The notes under the pieces are model-generated. The model worked only from the letters and a program-made list of their open reading frames with translations. It was not told the origin of the DNA and made no database searches. Of a stretch of DNA of 64,000 nucleotides, positions 27,071 through 42,263 are shown piece by piece. The stretch's first letter is position 1, and the number at the start of each line of letters is the position of its first letter. The DNA comes from Octopus sinensis (taxonomy: Eukaryota). The translations under genes and the position numbers were made by a program. Location of the stretch: assembly GCF_006345805.1 (NCBI RefSeq), contig NC_043008.1:9858001-9922000 (forward strand), given 5' to 3'.

Positions 27071-28408
27071 AATTTGGAAGACATTGTGACGACTATGCTT
27101 TGTTAGAATTTCGAAACATGCTCCAAGTTGCCTTCGTGTTTGTCGCATTCAAATATTAGTTGTAGCAAAAATTTCTTTTCGTTTTTTCCCTTACACTTTT
27201 ATGTTTATTTCGTTTACTAAAATTCACTGCTTTAAATGTATTAACTCTAGCTATTGTTTGTTTCGTATTTTCATGCAGATGGCGCCTTTGAGTCATTTTT
27301 TTGTTGATGTGCACGTATTACTGTGGACCTATATACTGACGGTGTTTATGGCCAGTAGAGATATGACTCCGTTAGTTTGTCGCATATAACCACTTTACAT
27401 TAGTTATATTAAAAATCATCAGCTTTTTTCTCCTTCTTATAATTGTTTTTTGTTGTGTTTTCCATTAACGCCAGGTTGAGAGGCTTCGATCCTGTGATGT
27501 AGTTCGTCGGATTCTTTGTTCCTTCTTTTTAGCCACCATATTTTCACCTGACGTTGACTTTGATCTTTCAAATGTTTATTTTATATTTGCAAAAACCAAA
27601 CAAACAAACAAACGATCATAAAATATTTTTATATTTATTTTTAAAATATAATTTTTTTTATTCATTTTCTGTGTTTATTATTCCACGTATTGTTTTTTTT
27701 TTTATGTAGGAATTTTGGGACTTGAAATATTAGTTTTTCTCTTTTTTTTTTACAGTATATGTTTAGCTTTCTAAACTTGATGTTAATGTGTTGAATTATA
27801 ATATAATATTATTATGTGTGTATATACAATGTTATTGTGAATTTATGCGTATGTATGTATACATGCTGTTGGTGGGTATATGACGAACTTTGATTTCATT
27901 CGTTTCTATTTAACATTAAACCATTTGGATCAGATACCATAGAGAAAACTAAGCTACGGGCAAAATAAACTTACACCAAGCTTTTGGATTATCCCAATTT
28001 GTTAATTAATTCCCAGATTTTGCAAACCATCAACGTCATATTCTCTATTTCTACTGTTCCTGACATCACAAGTTTTCCTGTCGATGGATACATCTTATTT
28101 CTACATGTGAACAAATTGGCCAAGGATTTCTTTTCTTTTATATACAATAGCTTATTGTCCTATCTTACGCTATTTCTATTCGTATTCTTTTTATTTGGAG
28201 CAATCATGTCAGATAGCCCAAAGGATATCTGGCATGATTTCTCAGACTCTCTAACATTTTTGTTATTCAATTCAATGAACATGGTTTTAATCATACAGAA
28301 ATATTCCACACCACTTCTTTGGTGAATATTGCATAATACGCATATTACCTTTTCAAAACTGGCACATTTTCTTCCAAAACGAAAATCTTAAATATACTAT
28401 ATATATAT

Positions 28409-28455
<47 letters not shown>

Positions 28456-28899
28456 ATATATCATTTTAATGATGGGTTTCGTCTGCCGTATTTTATGCTT
28501 TAAACTCCAATCCTGCAGCTGTACCTGAAATGTCTGTAATGTAAGAGAAAAGCTTCCTGCAAACCGAATAATTGGTTTTGCTATTTGGTGTCGACTTCAT
28601 TAGAAAAGCTACGCAATATCGCCGTATCCTTTTCAAACAACGATAAAGAGAGGACTGAGTTCTATGTAAGATGTCATTACATTGCAGCTGCATATTATTA
28701 TCTCATGGATAATAGACATTTTATCGCGTCTTCTATTTTATTGCTGGTGTCGTACTTCCCTTCCCGATTGTTATTTTATATGTTACCTGAAGCTTTATGG
28801 TAGAATACAAGAACAAATTCTCTGAATTCATATTAAGTATCTGCTTCACAGATTTGTACATTTGAAACTTAACCAAATTCAAGTTTTAAATCCCAATAG

Positions 28900-29030
28900 A
28901 CAGACAGAATAAGTACTGGGCCTAAGAAAATAAGTCCTGGAGTCGGTTTGTTCAGCTAAAACCCTTCAAGGCGATCCTCCAACATGGCCGCAGTCAAATG
29001 ACTGAAACATGTAAAAAAATAACAGAATTT
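28900..29030 (+). mobile_element. SINE family B, 3' fragment
   Basis: gaataagtactggg...catggccgcagtcaaatgactgaaac. Confidence 0.8.
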
Positions 29031-29654
29031 AAGGAATTCCGAATGAAATTTCGGAAGAAAGTTATTCAACAAATTCCAGAGCTAAAATTTGGTGTTGTTA
29101 GATATATTTATACTATTAAGATAGGAAAATCACCTTGTAGATACAAAAACAGACACCTTGTGCGTAAAGTCCGTGAGATATATACGTGGGTTTGCGCGTT
29201 GGGGTGTCTGTTCTCTCTACTCCACCGACTGCTCACCGCTACTCTGCTACAAGTCTACGGACGTCTAGGCTTTTCCCTCTATATCTACGTATTGGGTTAG
29301 CCTACTTCATCGTTTGGGGGCGTCTACACAACAGCCTGTGAGGGTTGAACACTGTACTTTTCATTGAATATATAAATCGAATGTAAATAAAGTAACGCAG
29401 CATCATTTAAAGATAATTCAATTATCAAGAGAAGCAACAAAAGCGGATGAGTGCCCGAATTCCAGAATTAAAATCCATCCCTTAAAATTCTAAGGTGAAA
29501 CTGCACTGCACTCAGTTTTCACTTTCATCGATCTGAGATTGTTCTAATAAATAAAAGTCAAATACCGGAACGTATTTAATTGAAATAAAGTTATCCCCAA
29601 ATAGAAGAGGCCATCATTAATGAAGAAAAATTCCGTAAGAGGCGTGGCAGTGTA

Positions 29655-30066
29655 GTCGCAGATGTGGTTGTGTGGTAAACACTTTGCTTCCCACATGGTT
29701 CCGGGTTCAGCTCTACTGCATAGCACCTTGGGCAAGTAAATTCTAATTATAGCTCTGGACTAAGCAGTCTTTGAGTGGATTTGGTCGACGGAAACTGAAA
29801 GAAGCCCGTCGTATAAATGCGTGTGTGTGTGTGTGTGTGTGGTGTGTGTGTGTGTGTTTGTGTGTGCGCACGTGTGTGTGTGTCTTTGTGCTTGTCCTCC
29901 ATCACCGCTCGGCAACCGGTGTTGTGTATATTTACGTCCCCGTAATTTAAAGAAACTTTTTTAAAAAAAGGAATACTGGGGGTCAGTTTGTTCGACTAAA
30001 AAATCTTCAAGGCGATGCCCCAGCATGACCGCGGTCTGGTGACTGAAACAAGTAAAAGTTTAAAGA
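29655..30066 (+). mobile_element. SINE family B, diverged full-length copy
   Basis: Head, gacggaaactgaaagaagcccgtcg and tail all present. Confidence 0.85.
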
Positions 30067-30648
30067 TAACAAACCAAAATACTTTTCTTTATAACATGAT
30101 ATTTTTTTACATCAAGTGTTCAACTGCCACCAATTTCGAATTCGCTTTTCATCATTCTTGGCTGAATAAAACGGACGCCAGTGTATGTTGAAACTAGTCA
30201 TTCTATTATAAACGGTAACAAACTTTTGTTGGCTTGTGTCAAAGATACGTTTCTTAAATTATTCTCAATAAACACCCTTGACTGGTGGCTTTCATTTTGA
30301 ATTAAAATTCATTCTCAATTCGCATTCATCTTTTTCATATTCCTACTATATATTCATTTATATTTGTTAATGCGATATTTTTCTACATTTATGCTCTGTA
30401 AAGTTGCAATTTTATCGATTTCCTCACATACAACAAACATTATTTTTTTTCAATTGTATTGTAAATACACTACGTAATAAAGTATATCAACAGTGTTTAC
30501 CAGTGTACGGTGTGTACTAAACTGCGAAGTCATGTACTACATGATGTTTAGTAGTCGTCACACCCTTAGTTTCTAGATATACCATTTTATTGCAGGTTTC
30601 TATTTATGTTTAAATAATATTTCTTAGGGATATAATCGTCCATTAATA

Positions 30649-30880
30649 TATTTCTTTACTGCCCACAAGGGGCTAAACATAGAGGGGACAAACAAGGACA
30701 GACAAAGGGATTAAGTCGATTACATCGACCCCAGTGCGAAACTGGTACTTTATTTATCGACCCAGAAAAGATGAAAGGCAAAGTCGACCTCTGCGGAATT
30801 TGAACTCAGAACGTAACGACAGACGAAATACCGCTAAGCATTTCGCCCGGCGCGCTAACGCTTCTGCCAGCTCGATGCCA
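30649..30880 (-). mobile_element. SINE family C monomer with TSD
   Basis: Flanked by tataatcgtccattaata (30631) and tataatcgcccattgata (30881). Confidence 0.92.
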
Positions 30881-31279
30881 TATAATCGCCCATTGATAAT
30901 TAATACTTCCAATTTATTAACAGAGATATTTACATCCTGATGATGTTTCAAAATTCATGTCTGCAAGAATTTCCATAAATTCCTTGACTGAATAAATTGG
31001 TATATCTCAGTTTAGGATCATTTTGTAATTTGGTAAGATCTATTGTCGTAAGTATTTGTCCTATCTCTTGCCTGTGGACAAAGTGACCGATATATATAAA
31101 GTCGGTAGAGCGTCACACAATCTATCCGGATTTCTTTGATCTGTGTTTAAACTCCAGCCAGTTCCAAAATGTATTTCAATACACTAAACGTCTGATTCCA
31201 TGAATTGATTGATGGCCCTAGGCAAAGACAAGGCACACACACACACACACATTTATATTATTTCTATATACATATGTGT

Positions 31280-31322
<43 letters not shown>

Positions 31323-32300
31323 CTAGCAAACGCCCCCGTTCTTTGGACGGTTTAAGTTGCTTTGGTGGTATTTTTCTTCCAAATAATTGAACAACCGAGA
31401 AGGTTTATGAGTATCACGGCAATCTGTGTTTCCGAGTAACCTAGGAACGGTAAATCAAATTGAAGGCGAGTTATTGTGGAGGTCGTTGCACTTTAATGAT
31501 CACAGAATATATAACTTTGGAAGCGATGCGAAGTAAAGCTAGTGAAGTGTTTTGGGAGTAGATTACGTATTTGAAACAATGGACAATAGTAGAAATATCA
31601 CAATGGACGGGTAAATAAGCATCCTTTAAGTGAAACAATGCATTGGTAGGTAAACAACCTATCAACAAATAGAAGAAAGGGAAAAGAACATCACCTTTCA
31701 AGTAACTCAGAATAGGTAAAGGTAAGCTTGCCAAAGTTTAATGCAGTTTAAATATGGAGATTAATTTTGTTTGGTATTGGATATTCATCGCATGCAGTTT
31801 TCCTAGTCTATTTAATCACCGTGGCAGGTGGACAGTCGAAATAAATAAATAGACAAAATCCTTTCACTTTTATAAAAAGATTAAAAACTTATGGAAGACC
31901 GTATGTCATTTTAGGTCCATTTACGCAGGAGCTCTGGGCAAAATGTTAAGTGCATGACCATCCTCTAGACGTAATAATGTGTGTGTAACGTTTGGTGATA
32001 ATCGGTTGAGAACTGTGGAAATATATGCGTTCAGTATTCCTAGTCAGGTTAATCACCGTCGTTAGTGGACAGTGGAAATAAATAGACAAAATCCTTTCAC
32101 TATGATAAAAGATTAAAATGGTATGGAAGACCCTACATACAAAAAACTCTGTCCATTTACGTCCATTTACGCAGGAGCTCTGGGTAAAATGTTTAATGCA
32201 TGACCAATCCTTGGGACATAAGTAATGTGTGTGTAAAGTTTGGTGAAAATCGGTTGAGAATTGTGGAAATGTACACTTTATTCATTATACATACACATAC
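31323..32300 (-). mobile_element. Non-autonomous Helitron-like element with ~240-bp internal tandem duplication
   Basis: 3' CTAG|T at 31323 with ccgt...acgg hairpin; units at about 31810-32050 and 32050-32275 share gtccatttacgcaggagctctggg and tttggtga(t/a)aatcggttgagaa. 5' end uncertain. Confidence 0.6.
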
Positions 32301-33058
32301 TGTGATATATATGTGTGTATGTATGTATGTATGTATGTATGTATGTATGTATGTATGTATGTATGTATGTATGTATGTATGTATGTATGTACGTATGCAT
32401 GTATGTATGCATGTGTGTTCTGTCAAATTATCTTTTTATACCTATCTGTTTATCTATCTCTACAATAATTTCTGAGAGATATTTTCCCTTTAGTAGTGTG
32501 TACCAAGGCGTATACCAATGTATATATTACATAAGCGTATGAGATAGCACGAGTGAGGTACTACGAATTTTATAAACATATACAGATGTATATGGTTTAT
32601 ACGTTAAATGTGTATGCGTGAACAGCAGTAATCCTGCCTTAGGTTAGAGCAGAAAAATCAAAATAATTTTTATATCAGTCATTATAATTGATATTTCAGG
32701 AAAGAATAATTGAATATAAGTCAATGGATCGTATAGGAAAAAATGTATATATGATCTGTTTGGCTTTTTTTTCTTCTTATATTCCAAGAAACTATGGAAT
32801 GCACATAATTCCTCGTGACACCACATTATTCATAGATTTAAATATTCTAACTTACTATTCTTTTTTTTAAGGTTTTACATCGATTTCTGATACGTTCGTT
32901 TATTCATACATTCATAAATGTACTTATATATATATATGTATGTATATACATATATAATATATATATATACATATATATATATACGTACATATATATACAC
33001 ACAATATATGTGTGTGTATGTATTTATGTGTGTGTATGTATGTATTTATGTATGTATG

Positions 33059-33094
<36 letters not shown>

Positions 33095-33106
33095 TATATA
33101 CATATA

Positions 33107-33171
<65 letters not shown>

Positions 33172-33769
33172 ATATATATATCTATATATGTATGTATGTA
33201 TGTATGTATACGCGTGTGTGTCTGTGTATGTATGTGTTTGTACACACATAGAGAAAGACACCCGATCGTGCGTAGGTGTGTATAGGGTATGCGTTCGCAA
33301 GTATATGTATGTCCGTGTGTCGGTGAGAGCAATAGTAAAATTCAGATTTTTCCAGTTCTGTGCATATATATATGTGTGTGTGTGTGTCTGTATGTATGTA
33401 TATGTGTGAATGTCAGCGTGAATGTGTGTGTATATGTAGTGAGACAGGGGGTGTATGTATGTATGAGGGATTGTAATGTGTAGTTGCTGCAACACTGCAT
33501 ATGTATGCATGTGTGCCTATGTGTGTGTGTGCGTGCGTGTGCGTGTATCTGTGCTTGTGTGTGCGTGAGTGTGCGTGAGTGTGTGTGGGCGTGTATGTTC
33601 TGTATGCAAGTCCGCAATCTGACACTTTCTGAATTCTATCAAAATCATTTTGACAAACAATACTGATCGCAACGGCAAGAAGTAAAGGAAGATTGTTCGT
33701 AGAAAAACAGGGAGAGAGAGAGAGGAAGGAGGACGGGAGATGGGAAGAGTGAGTGGGTTATTGAATGTG

Positions 33770-34220
33770 TCAGAGACATACGAGTATGTATATATGTATG
33801 TATGTATGCATGTATGGTTTTATGCGTGTATGTATGTATGTATTTATGTATTATGTATGTATTCATGTATGTATGTATGCATGTATGTATATATTTATGT
33901 ATGTATGTATGTATGCATGTATGCATGTATGCATGCATGCATGTATGTATGCATGTATGTATACATATATGTACGTACGTATGTATTTACGTATGTATCT
34001 ATGTATTTATGTATGCATGTATGTATGCATGTATGTATACATATATGTACGTATGTATGTATTTATGTATGTATGTATGCATGTTTGTATGTGTTCATGT
34101 ATGTATGCATTTATGTATGTATGTATGTATGTATGTATGTATATCAGTATGTATGTATGTATGCATGTATGTACGTATGTATGTATTTATGTATGTGTAT
34201 TTGTATGCATGTATGTGTAT
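33770..34220. repeat. Degenerate (GTAT)n/(GCAT)n array
   Basis: Direct reading. Confidence 0.95.
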
Positions 34221-35317
34221 AGAGAAATACGTGATTCGAAGTGAGCGTCGAATATGAAAGAAATAGCCATGAAATCTCCATCAGATCACCATCAAATCAC
34301 GCCTTACTCGAAGGTCACGCTTCATATCATTTTATCATACGTTACATCATGCATGTGTGTGTGTCTGTGTGCGTGTGCGTGCGTGTGTGTACAATTATTA
34401 GTAGCAGAAGTATTAATACCAAAATAGCAATCTCAATATTCAACTTAACGTGGTATGTATTGTTAGAGAGCCGAATACAATTGTTTACTACGGATTCCGG
34501 AACAACCAGATCGCATCTCTTCAGTGGCAGACGTCCTGTACCCGCAATCCAGTCAAATCTCACAATCAGTGATATATGAATTTTCAGTGACTATTGAATT
34601 GCTGATGTCTGTGCATGAGGTTATTGCACCCGTGGTCGGTTTCACTCGGGTTCGCGTCTCAAGCTTCCATACTCACTACGGTACCCTCCTGATCAACCGG
34701 GCATCAGAAAATCGCCTCGCCAGCGATTGTGCAACCTAAAATTTTAGGTTCAATAAGGCTTGCACCACATCTCACAGATCCTCTCCACTCTGTTGCCATT
34801 ATCTAGAGACAATCCAGAACAATATATCCAGTAGTGATATGAGTCGCAGACGCAGAAATTGCGGGATCTCAAACGCCAGCAAAAATTCTCAAAATGTCAA
34901 ATGGTCAATGCCATTCCCTTCATATGAGGTTTTATATCAGAGACATATTTTGAGAAAAGCTCAGAGGGTGCCTCACTCCCAGTGGTCTTCCAGTACTCTG
35001 GGCACCAACCCAGAATTGCTGAGTGCCTGTGCTACTGCTAGATATTCATTGAACCCCCACACTGGATTCAGCCATCTTTTTGTTATGTCTTGTTTGTAAT
35101 CCTGCTGGGTTTTTGCAACCCTCCTAAGCGGGAAGCCTAGTGAAGAGGGTTACTTGCGGATGACTCGACCATGCAAGAAGTTGTACTGGATTCCATATTA
35201 CCAGTAGCACTTATGACAGAGCTCACAAGTTACTTCACGCACACACACACACAGACATAATATATATATATAGTTTGAAATTTTATTGACATATTTCAAC
35301 ACACATATTAAATATTA

Positions 35318-35747
35318 TTTTCAAATTTTGGTGCAAGACCAGCAAGTTCGGTAGAGGATTTAAGTCGATTAAATCGACCCCAGTGCGTAACTGGTACTTA
35401 ATTTATTGACCCCGAAAAGATGAAAGGCAAAATCGACCTCGGCGGAATTTGAACTCAGACCGTAACGGCAGACGAAATACGTCTACGCATTTCGCCCGGC
35501 GTGCTAACGTTTCTTATTTTTTTATTGTCCACAAGGGGCTAAACATAGAGGGGACAAACAAGGACAGACAAACGGACATTAAGTCGATTATATCGACCCC
35601 AGTGCGAACTGGCACTTATTTATCGACCCAGAAAGGATGAAAGGCAAAGTCGACCTCGGCGAAATTTGAACTCAGAACGTAGCGACAGACGAAATACTGC
35701 TACGCATTTCGCCCGGCGTGCTAACGTTTCTTCCAACTCGACGCCTT
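35318..35747 (-). mobile_element. Two tandem SINE family C units with different tails
   Basis: 35514-35747 has the gtttgtctgtccttgtttgtcc tail; 35318-35513 has the cttgcaccaaaatttgaa tail. Confidence 0.9.
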
Positions 35748-35973
35748 GCCGTCTACATGTATTAAATATCGACATTTGTACTGACACATATATTTGAACA
35801 CTTAGACGTTGAAATTCATAATTCACATATATTTACCTGCTTATATTTAATTGTAATGACATTTATGTTCACATTATTGCACATACACTGGAGTTTCTTG
35901 GATATCATATATATGTGTAAGGCCGTGTATTCGTAAATGCTAACTGGAAATCGATTGATCGATTGAGAAAGAA

Positions 35974-36047
<74 letters not shown>

Positions 36048-36072
36048 ATGTGTGTGTGTGTGTGTGTCTATG

Positions 36073-36143
<71 letters not shown>

Positions 36144-37240
36144 TAGCTGAGGTACCCGCAAAAAAATTACCGCTAATAAGATGTCTGTTTACACCCATGA
36201 AACATTTTTCGTCAAATTTCGACATTTTTCAAAAAATTAAAATCTATATTAATGGATAGAATCAATTTGATGAAAATATGACCAAAGTCTGGTAGCGAAC
36301 CCGTGTTGTCATTTTTGTGCATGTGCGTAAAATGGCGAAATTTTACGCTTTGGGGCAGATTTCGTCAAATTGATGTCACGACGGCTTGTACGCAAAATGC
36401 CTAAATTTTTCTTGGGAAATAAAAAGGTCTTACATAATAAAAACCTGAAACGGGTGGTAAGTAAGTTTCTTACCACACAGCCACTCCTGAGAATGAAGGA
36501 GAAAGAATACGTAGCATAGGTTCTAGACTATATTCGTTATTTAACTGAATTTCTCTTTTTTTTTTTTTTTTTTGTTTTTTGTTGTCATTTTTTTAACTAC
36601 AATAAAGAAAAAAAGCAAAGCAACTTCTGAAAAATAATTTAAATGAAAAAAAAACCACTAACACATATGAATGAAACAAACTGAAGCGAGACGGGATATC
36701 AGAAATACAGGTAACATAAACTTCCTACCACATCTAGCAAAAGCAGGAAACAGCGCTTGACAACAACTTAAGTGACATGAAAGCACGTAGCTAAAACATC
36801 ACAATAAACAGGATGTGAAACAACCTAACCGAAGTTAGGAAAACAGGATACCAGAAACTTAAAAATACTCGACTGCAAATACCAAACGGTCCATAGAGAA
36901 AAATCAACATTTCTAAATCAATATACGAAAACCTAATTCAAACAACGAATTAACAGATGACACAAATGACCTAACAAAACAAAGTAACATTGAAAGTTTA
37001 ACAAAAAAAATGTGATAGCCACAATAAATAATACAAAGATAATGGAATGAAGTATCATGAATGAACTAGCGAGCTTGATTTTCATAGGTATATATAATGA
37101 ACGCAAATCTGGAATGAAATTGCGGCTGAAGATCACCATGGCATGAAACTCGATTCGAAAGTAATTAATTAGAACATATATAAATATATATATATATGCA
37201 TATATATATAGAGAGAGAGGGAGAGATAGAGGGGGAGAGA

Positions 37241-37377
37241 CGTAGACGTAGCTGTGTAGTAAGTAGCTTACTTACCAACCACATGGTTCCGGGTTCAGTC
37301 CCACTACGTGGCACCTTGGGCAAGTGTCTTCTACTATAGCCTCGGGCCGACCAAAGCCTTGTGAGCAGATTTGGTAG

Positions 37378-37380
<3 letters not shown>
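37241..37380 (+). mobile_element. SINE family B, 5' half
   Basis: aagtagcttacttaccaaccacatggttccgggttcagtccc...gatttggtaga. Confidence 0.9.
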
Positions 37381-37408
<28 letters not shown>

Positions 37409-37904
37409 CACATACCTATGTGTGTGTATGTGTGTCAATATGCATGTATATATGCGTGTGTATATGTTTGTATATATAGGGCCATCGTGTCGCACGAACT
37501 TGTGAATCAGCAAGTGTGTTTCTTTCCATGATGAAGACGTAGGAAATACCTTTTTTTGTAAAGAAGCACTTACCAACGCATGTGTATCTCCACTCACTAT
37601 TCCATCGGGTAAAGGTAAGACCCTACGCCACTTGGCACCAATGTTGTTAAACGCAATCCCCGGAACAGACACCGCTAAATAATTCGTCCGATGCTTTACC
37701 AATTCCGTCATTCTAGCTTCATAGACTGATACTTTACGCGCCGGCCTCAAGACGACGAACGGCAAAGTTGACCTCGGATGGATTTGATTTCAGGATGTGC
37801 AGAATCACAAGAAATTCTGCAAGACATCCTATCCATCGATTTCTTGACAGTTGCGCCACAAATCTTATGACACTCGTACCGATATATTTCTAACATGCGA
37901 GCGC

Positions 37905-37940
<36 letters not shown>

Positions 37941-38009
37941 TCCATATGTAGACATTTTAAATGTATGCAGTATGTCTTTCAACATGGCTGTGCAATGGAT
38001 CTGACAGAA

Positions 38010-38180
38010 TCGCTTGCGCCTCGGATGAAAAACATAGCATCATTTCTTCCGGCTCTTTATGTTTTAAGTTCAAATTCCACCGAGGTCAACTTCGATTTTC
38101 GTTCTTTTGGGGTCAGTTGAACTGGTATTTATATCCCCTCCCTAAAATTACTGACCTGAAACCAAAATTTGAAACCATCA
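38010..38180 (+). mobile_element. Decayed SINE family C
   Basis: aagttcaaattccaccgaggtcaact...accaaaatttgaaacc. Confidence 0.7.
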
Positions 38181-38625
38181 ATAAATAACTTCTTTGTATC
38201 GCTGTTATATATAGGATATCCGCATCCATTTTATAATGCATTTGTTTCAGTTTGATGGGGTTTTGTATTATAAAAATATCCCGTTTTGTATTATAAAAAT
38301 ATCCCTCTAAAATATAGGATTTGTTCTAAAAACGTACATATTTTCGTGTTTTTGTAAATCAATTTTTTTGGCAATTTAGTAAAGCAATTTTAATTCTATT
38401 CACTTGAATGTGGAGGTGATTTTTCCCCTCATTTTATAACATATTTTGGTTTGGTTTTATGGTTTATGTCATGTCCGACAACGGTTTCACATCAAATATC
38501 TATTTATAATGTGTAGAAATGTATGTGCATTTATAAGTACATATTTGAAAGAGAGAGGCATACATATATACACCATACACACCCACACACGTACACACAT
38601 ACATATATAACATATATACGTATAT

Positions 38626-38667
<42 letters not shown>

Positions 38668-38909
38668 ATATATAGATATATATATATATATATATACACG
38701 TATAATATTATACGTATATATTACAATTTTTTCTGAATTTTCGGATTTTTCTATATGCTATGCTACTGCTTTTAAATTGATATTAATTAAATTAATATTC
38801 AATTTATCACCCTCATTATTGAAATCTTATGTGTGTATGTGTGTGTATGTATGTATGTATGTATGTAGGTAGGTAGGTAGGTAGGTAGGTAGGTAGGTAG
38901 GTAGGCATG

Positions 38910-38943
<34 letters not shown>

Positions 38944-39656
38944 TGTATGTATGTATGTATGTATATACATTTATGAATCGGGGGTATTCAGACATTATTA
39001 TATTCCAGTATACACGTTGTGTATAGTTTCGTGACCTCACAAAACTGCAGGCGTTTTCTTCACCGTAGGTGTAAGGTATACATTTTTTTTATAAAACACT
39101 CTTTTTAAAAGAACATAATGTTGTTTCTGTTGTGGTCATACACAACATACACGCATACATACACGCATGAATTCATGCGCAAAGGCACACACACATGTAC
39201 ACGTACATACGCGCGGAAAAAAACGACCTTCTACACATACACTAACGCACTCACACATACGCACACAGTCGCATTCTCTGATATTGTTTATTTGTATTCA
39301 GACCACTCTTGTATTGATAATGGTGTAATGAATGTAGGAACAATAAAATCAATCGGTAACCTACATTTTTTTCCAATTCTTGAAACAGGATACGTTCACT
39401 TTTTTTAACATTACTCACGTAGATTTATAAATATATATATACACACACACATATATACATGTATGTATGTATGTATGTATAATGTTGCTGTTATTGTTTT
39501 AGTATCATATATATATATATATATATATATTCATATATATACATTCATATATATCTATTCATATATATATTCATATATATATATATACATACATACATAT
39601 ATATATATATATATTATATATGTATATATATGTGTATATATATATATATATGTATA

Positions 39657-39774
<118 letters not shown>

Positions 39775-39809
39775 CATACATACATACATACATACATACA
39801 TAACATACA

Positions 39810-39843
<34 letters not shown>

Positions 39844-40155
39844 CGTACATATTCATACATATATCCATGTATACATGCATGTTTGAATGTTTGTGTGTAT
39901 GTACAATTCTTTATGAATTTGTGGTTCGGAATTACATTTTCCTTTCGAAATAGTGATTCACCAATAGTTCGTATCAAAAATCAATTGCATGTCCCATGTT
40001 TTCGTTATGGTTAAGTCTCTCGATAATTCTGATCCGGCAAATTTGTAAGCAAATGAGTTCTTTCTTTTACGACGGTGGAATATGACTTGAAGACTTTTTC
40101 GCAACTGTTTCTAGAACTTTCCTCGCGATTTTATGACTATATGGTCTTGAAGTAT

Positions 40156-40200
<45 letters not shown>

Positions 40201-40241
40201 CAGACAGACAGACAGACACACAGACACACAGACAGACAGAC

Positions 40242-40322
<81 letters not shown>

Positions 40323-40417
40323 TACAAATATGTACAGTTCTATATTTAAGAGATGAAGAATTATGTACATTATTTACATTATTTACATCTCTTAAATATG
40401 TACAAATATGTAGATAG

Positions 40418-40475
<58 letters not shown>

Positions 40476-41686
40476 AGCTTGTTAGATAGACAGACGGACA
40501 GACAGAATGTAAGTTAATATATCAAAGTATTTTCTCAGCATTTATTATATGATTGTATGTAAAGAACTACAACTATTTGTCCGTGTATGGAACATATTAG
40601 CAATTCAGCCAGGTTTACACAATAGTTCGAAATGAACTCTGTATTGAAATGTCTTCCATTTGAAATATATTAACTAAAAATCACAAATGTATAACATTCT
40701 GTAAAAGGATTTCTCTTTCTGGGCCTGTAGCTGTCACCTGCATAGTTGTGGTCGTCACGATATACAACCCCGGATTGACTAGTGAAGTGGAAAAATTTTA
40801 ATTCGTTTTAGAACTAATGGCTATATATTTTCTTGCCGCTTTGTTATCGTTTTCAGATGTATTCAGTAACACACAAGTCTGGGCCGTAAGCAATTTTGTT
40901 TTAATATTGTAGAATCGTGCTGATATCTATTCAGGTTCATATAATTAATAGTTAAGCCCCCGTTTACATGATCGTCCGTTTTAAAGAAACTCGACTTTGA
41001 TAATAATTTTACTTCTGAATCTAATTCCAACAAATTCTCCATGATTACCCAGCATTATCAGAAGTTGTATAAAACCTCAAGAACTACATAACTAATTTAA
41101 TCTAGTAATGAGAAAAGTTAGAAAACGATGTTTTTAAATGTGGTTACATCGACTCTCAAAATCCAGCTTTCAATGACGATGTTTTATAATGATAATATTT
41201 TATTTAAACAGTTTTAACTGTAAAAGTTGCGATTGTCTCAAAGCGCAAAGACAAAGTAGTAATATTGCAGCTAATTTCTGGATTTGATCCCCTTTCGTGG
41301 CCAGATTCATCTGACAGATCCTGAATTTCGTAATCATTCAGAAACTACCTTACATTTGATACTCAGAAGAGAAAAGATACATAAATAAACCAAACTTTCT
41401 ATCTTCAACTCGGTTTTCGTGCCTATCATTATCTATGGTGAAGAATGACTGAAAGCGTACGACCGCGAATATAGGCGACCGAAATGGGGTTCCACTGAGG
41501 AATTTCTAAAGTAACTTTACTCGACGGGGTGTGTTACTCCAAGTCGAGCTATATATATATATATTTATATATATACATATATAGCTTTACCATAATTACG
41601 GAGGCCACAGATTTACTTTTGTCAAGAGTGGCTGAGTCATTTGGCAGTATGTACTTGAGAAGTTATAAGTGTTAATTCTGTCTGTA

Positions 41687-41772
41687 TTCATCTGATGAAA
41701 ACGAGTTTTTCTTGCTAGATGTAGCACTTCTCTTCATTAAACAAAAAAAATCTCCGAAACAGCTGTAGTGAA
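41687..41772 (+). ncRNA. Degenerate hammerhead motif, long stem II region (homologous to 9117-9202)
   Basis: TTCAT-CTGATGA ...57 nt... GAAACAGCTGTA-GTGAA. Confidence 0.45.
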
Positions 41773-42078
41773 CAGCAGTCCATTTGTTTTCATTTTTATT
41801 CTTTACCTAACTTTGAACCAGCAATTCGTTTGGATCTGGAATCTATAGACGGCGGCGCAATAGGTAGATTGAGTATACCTATGTATGACCTTCATGACTC
41901 GTTGAGTATTTCTTCAGCCAATTGTGAATGTATGCATAACTGGAGAACAGATTCGTATTTGCTTTAGTGAGTACGTATTTGTTGTTATACATTGTTTGTA
42001 CACAGTAGCGCTATAACCGACGCTACTTTGGTGCTTTCACTATTAAAATACCCGGTTCTCTCGAATTCTGCAAATATC

Positions 42079-42123
<45 letters not shown>

Positions 42124-42215
42124 CTGTGTGTGTATACATATATGTGTGTGTGTATGTATGTATGTATGTATGTATGTATGTACGTATGTACGTATGTATT
42201 ATGTATATATATTAT

Positions 42216-42263
<48 letters not shown>

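Noticed and set aside
27984-28325. 113-aa hydrophobic ORF
   Set aside because: Composition reflects T-rich DNA; no family motif or splice signals were recognised on either strand.
36143-36450. Third Helitron 3' end (actagctgaggtacccgc)
   Set aside because: The hairpin is degraded and no matching 5' TC end was found.
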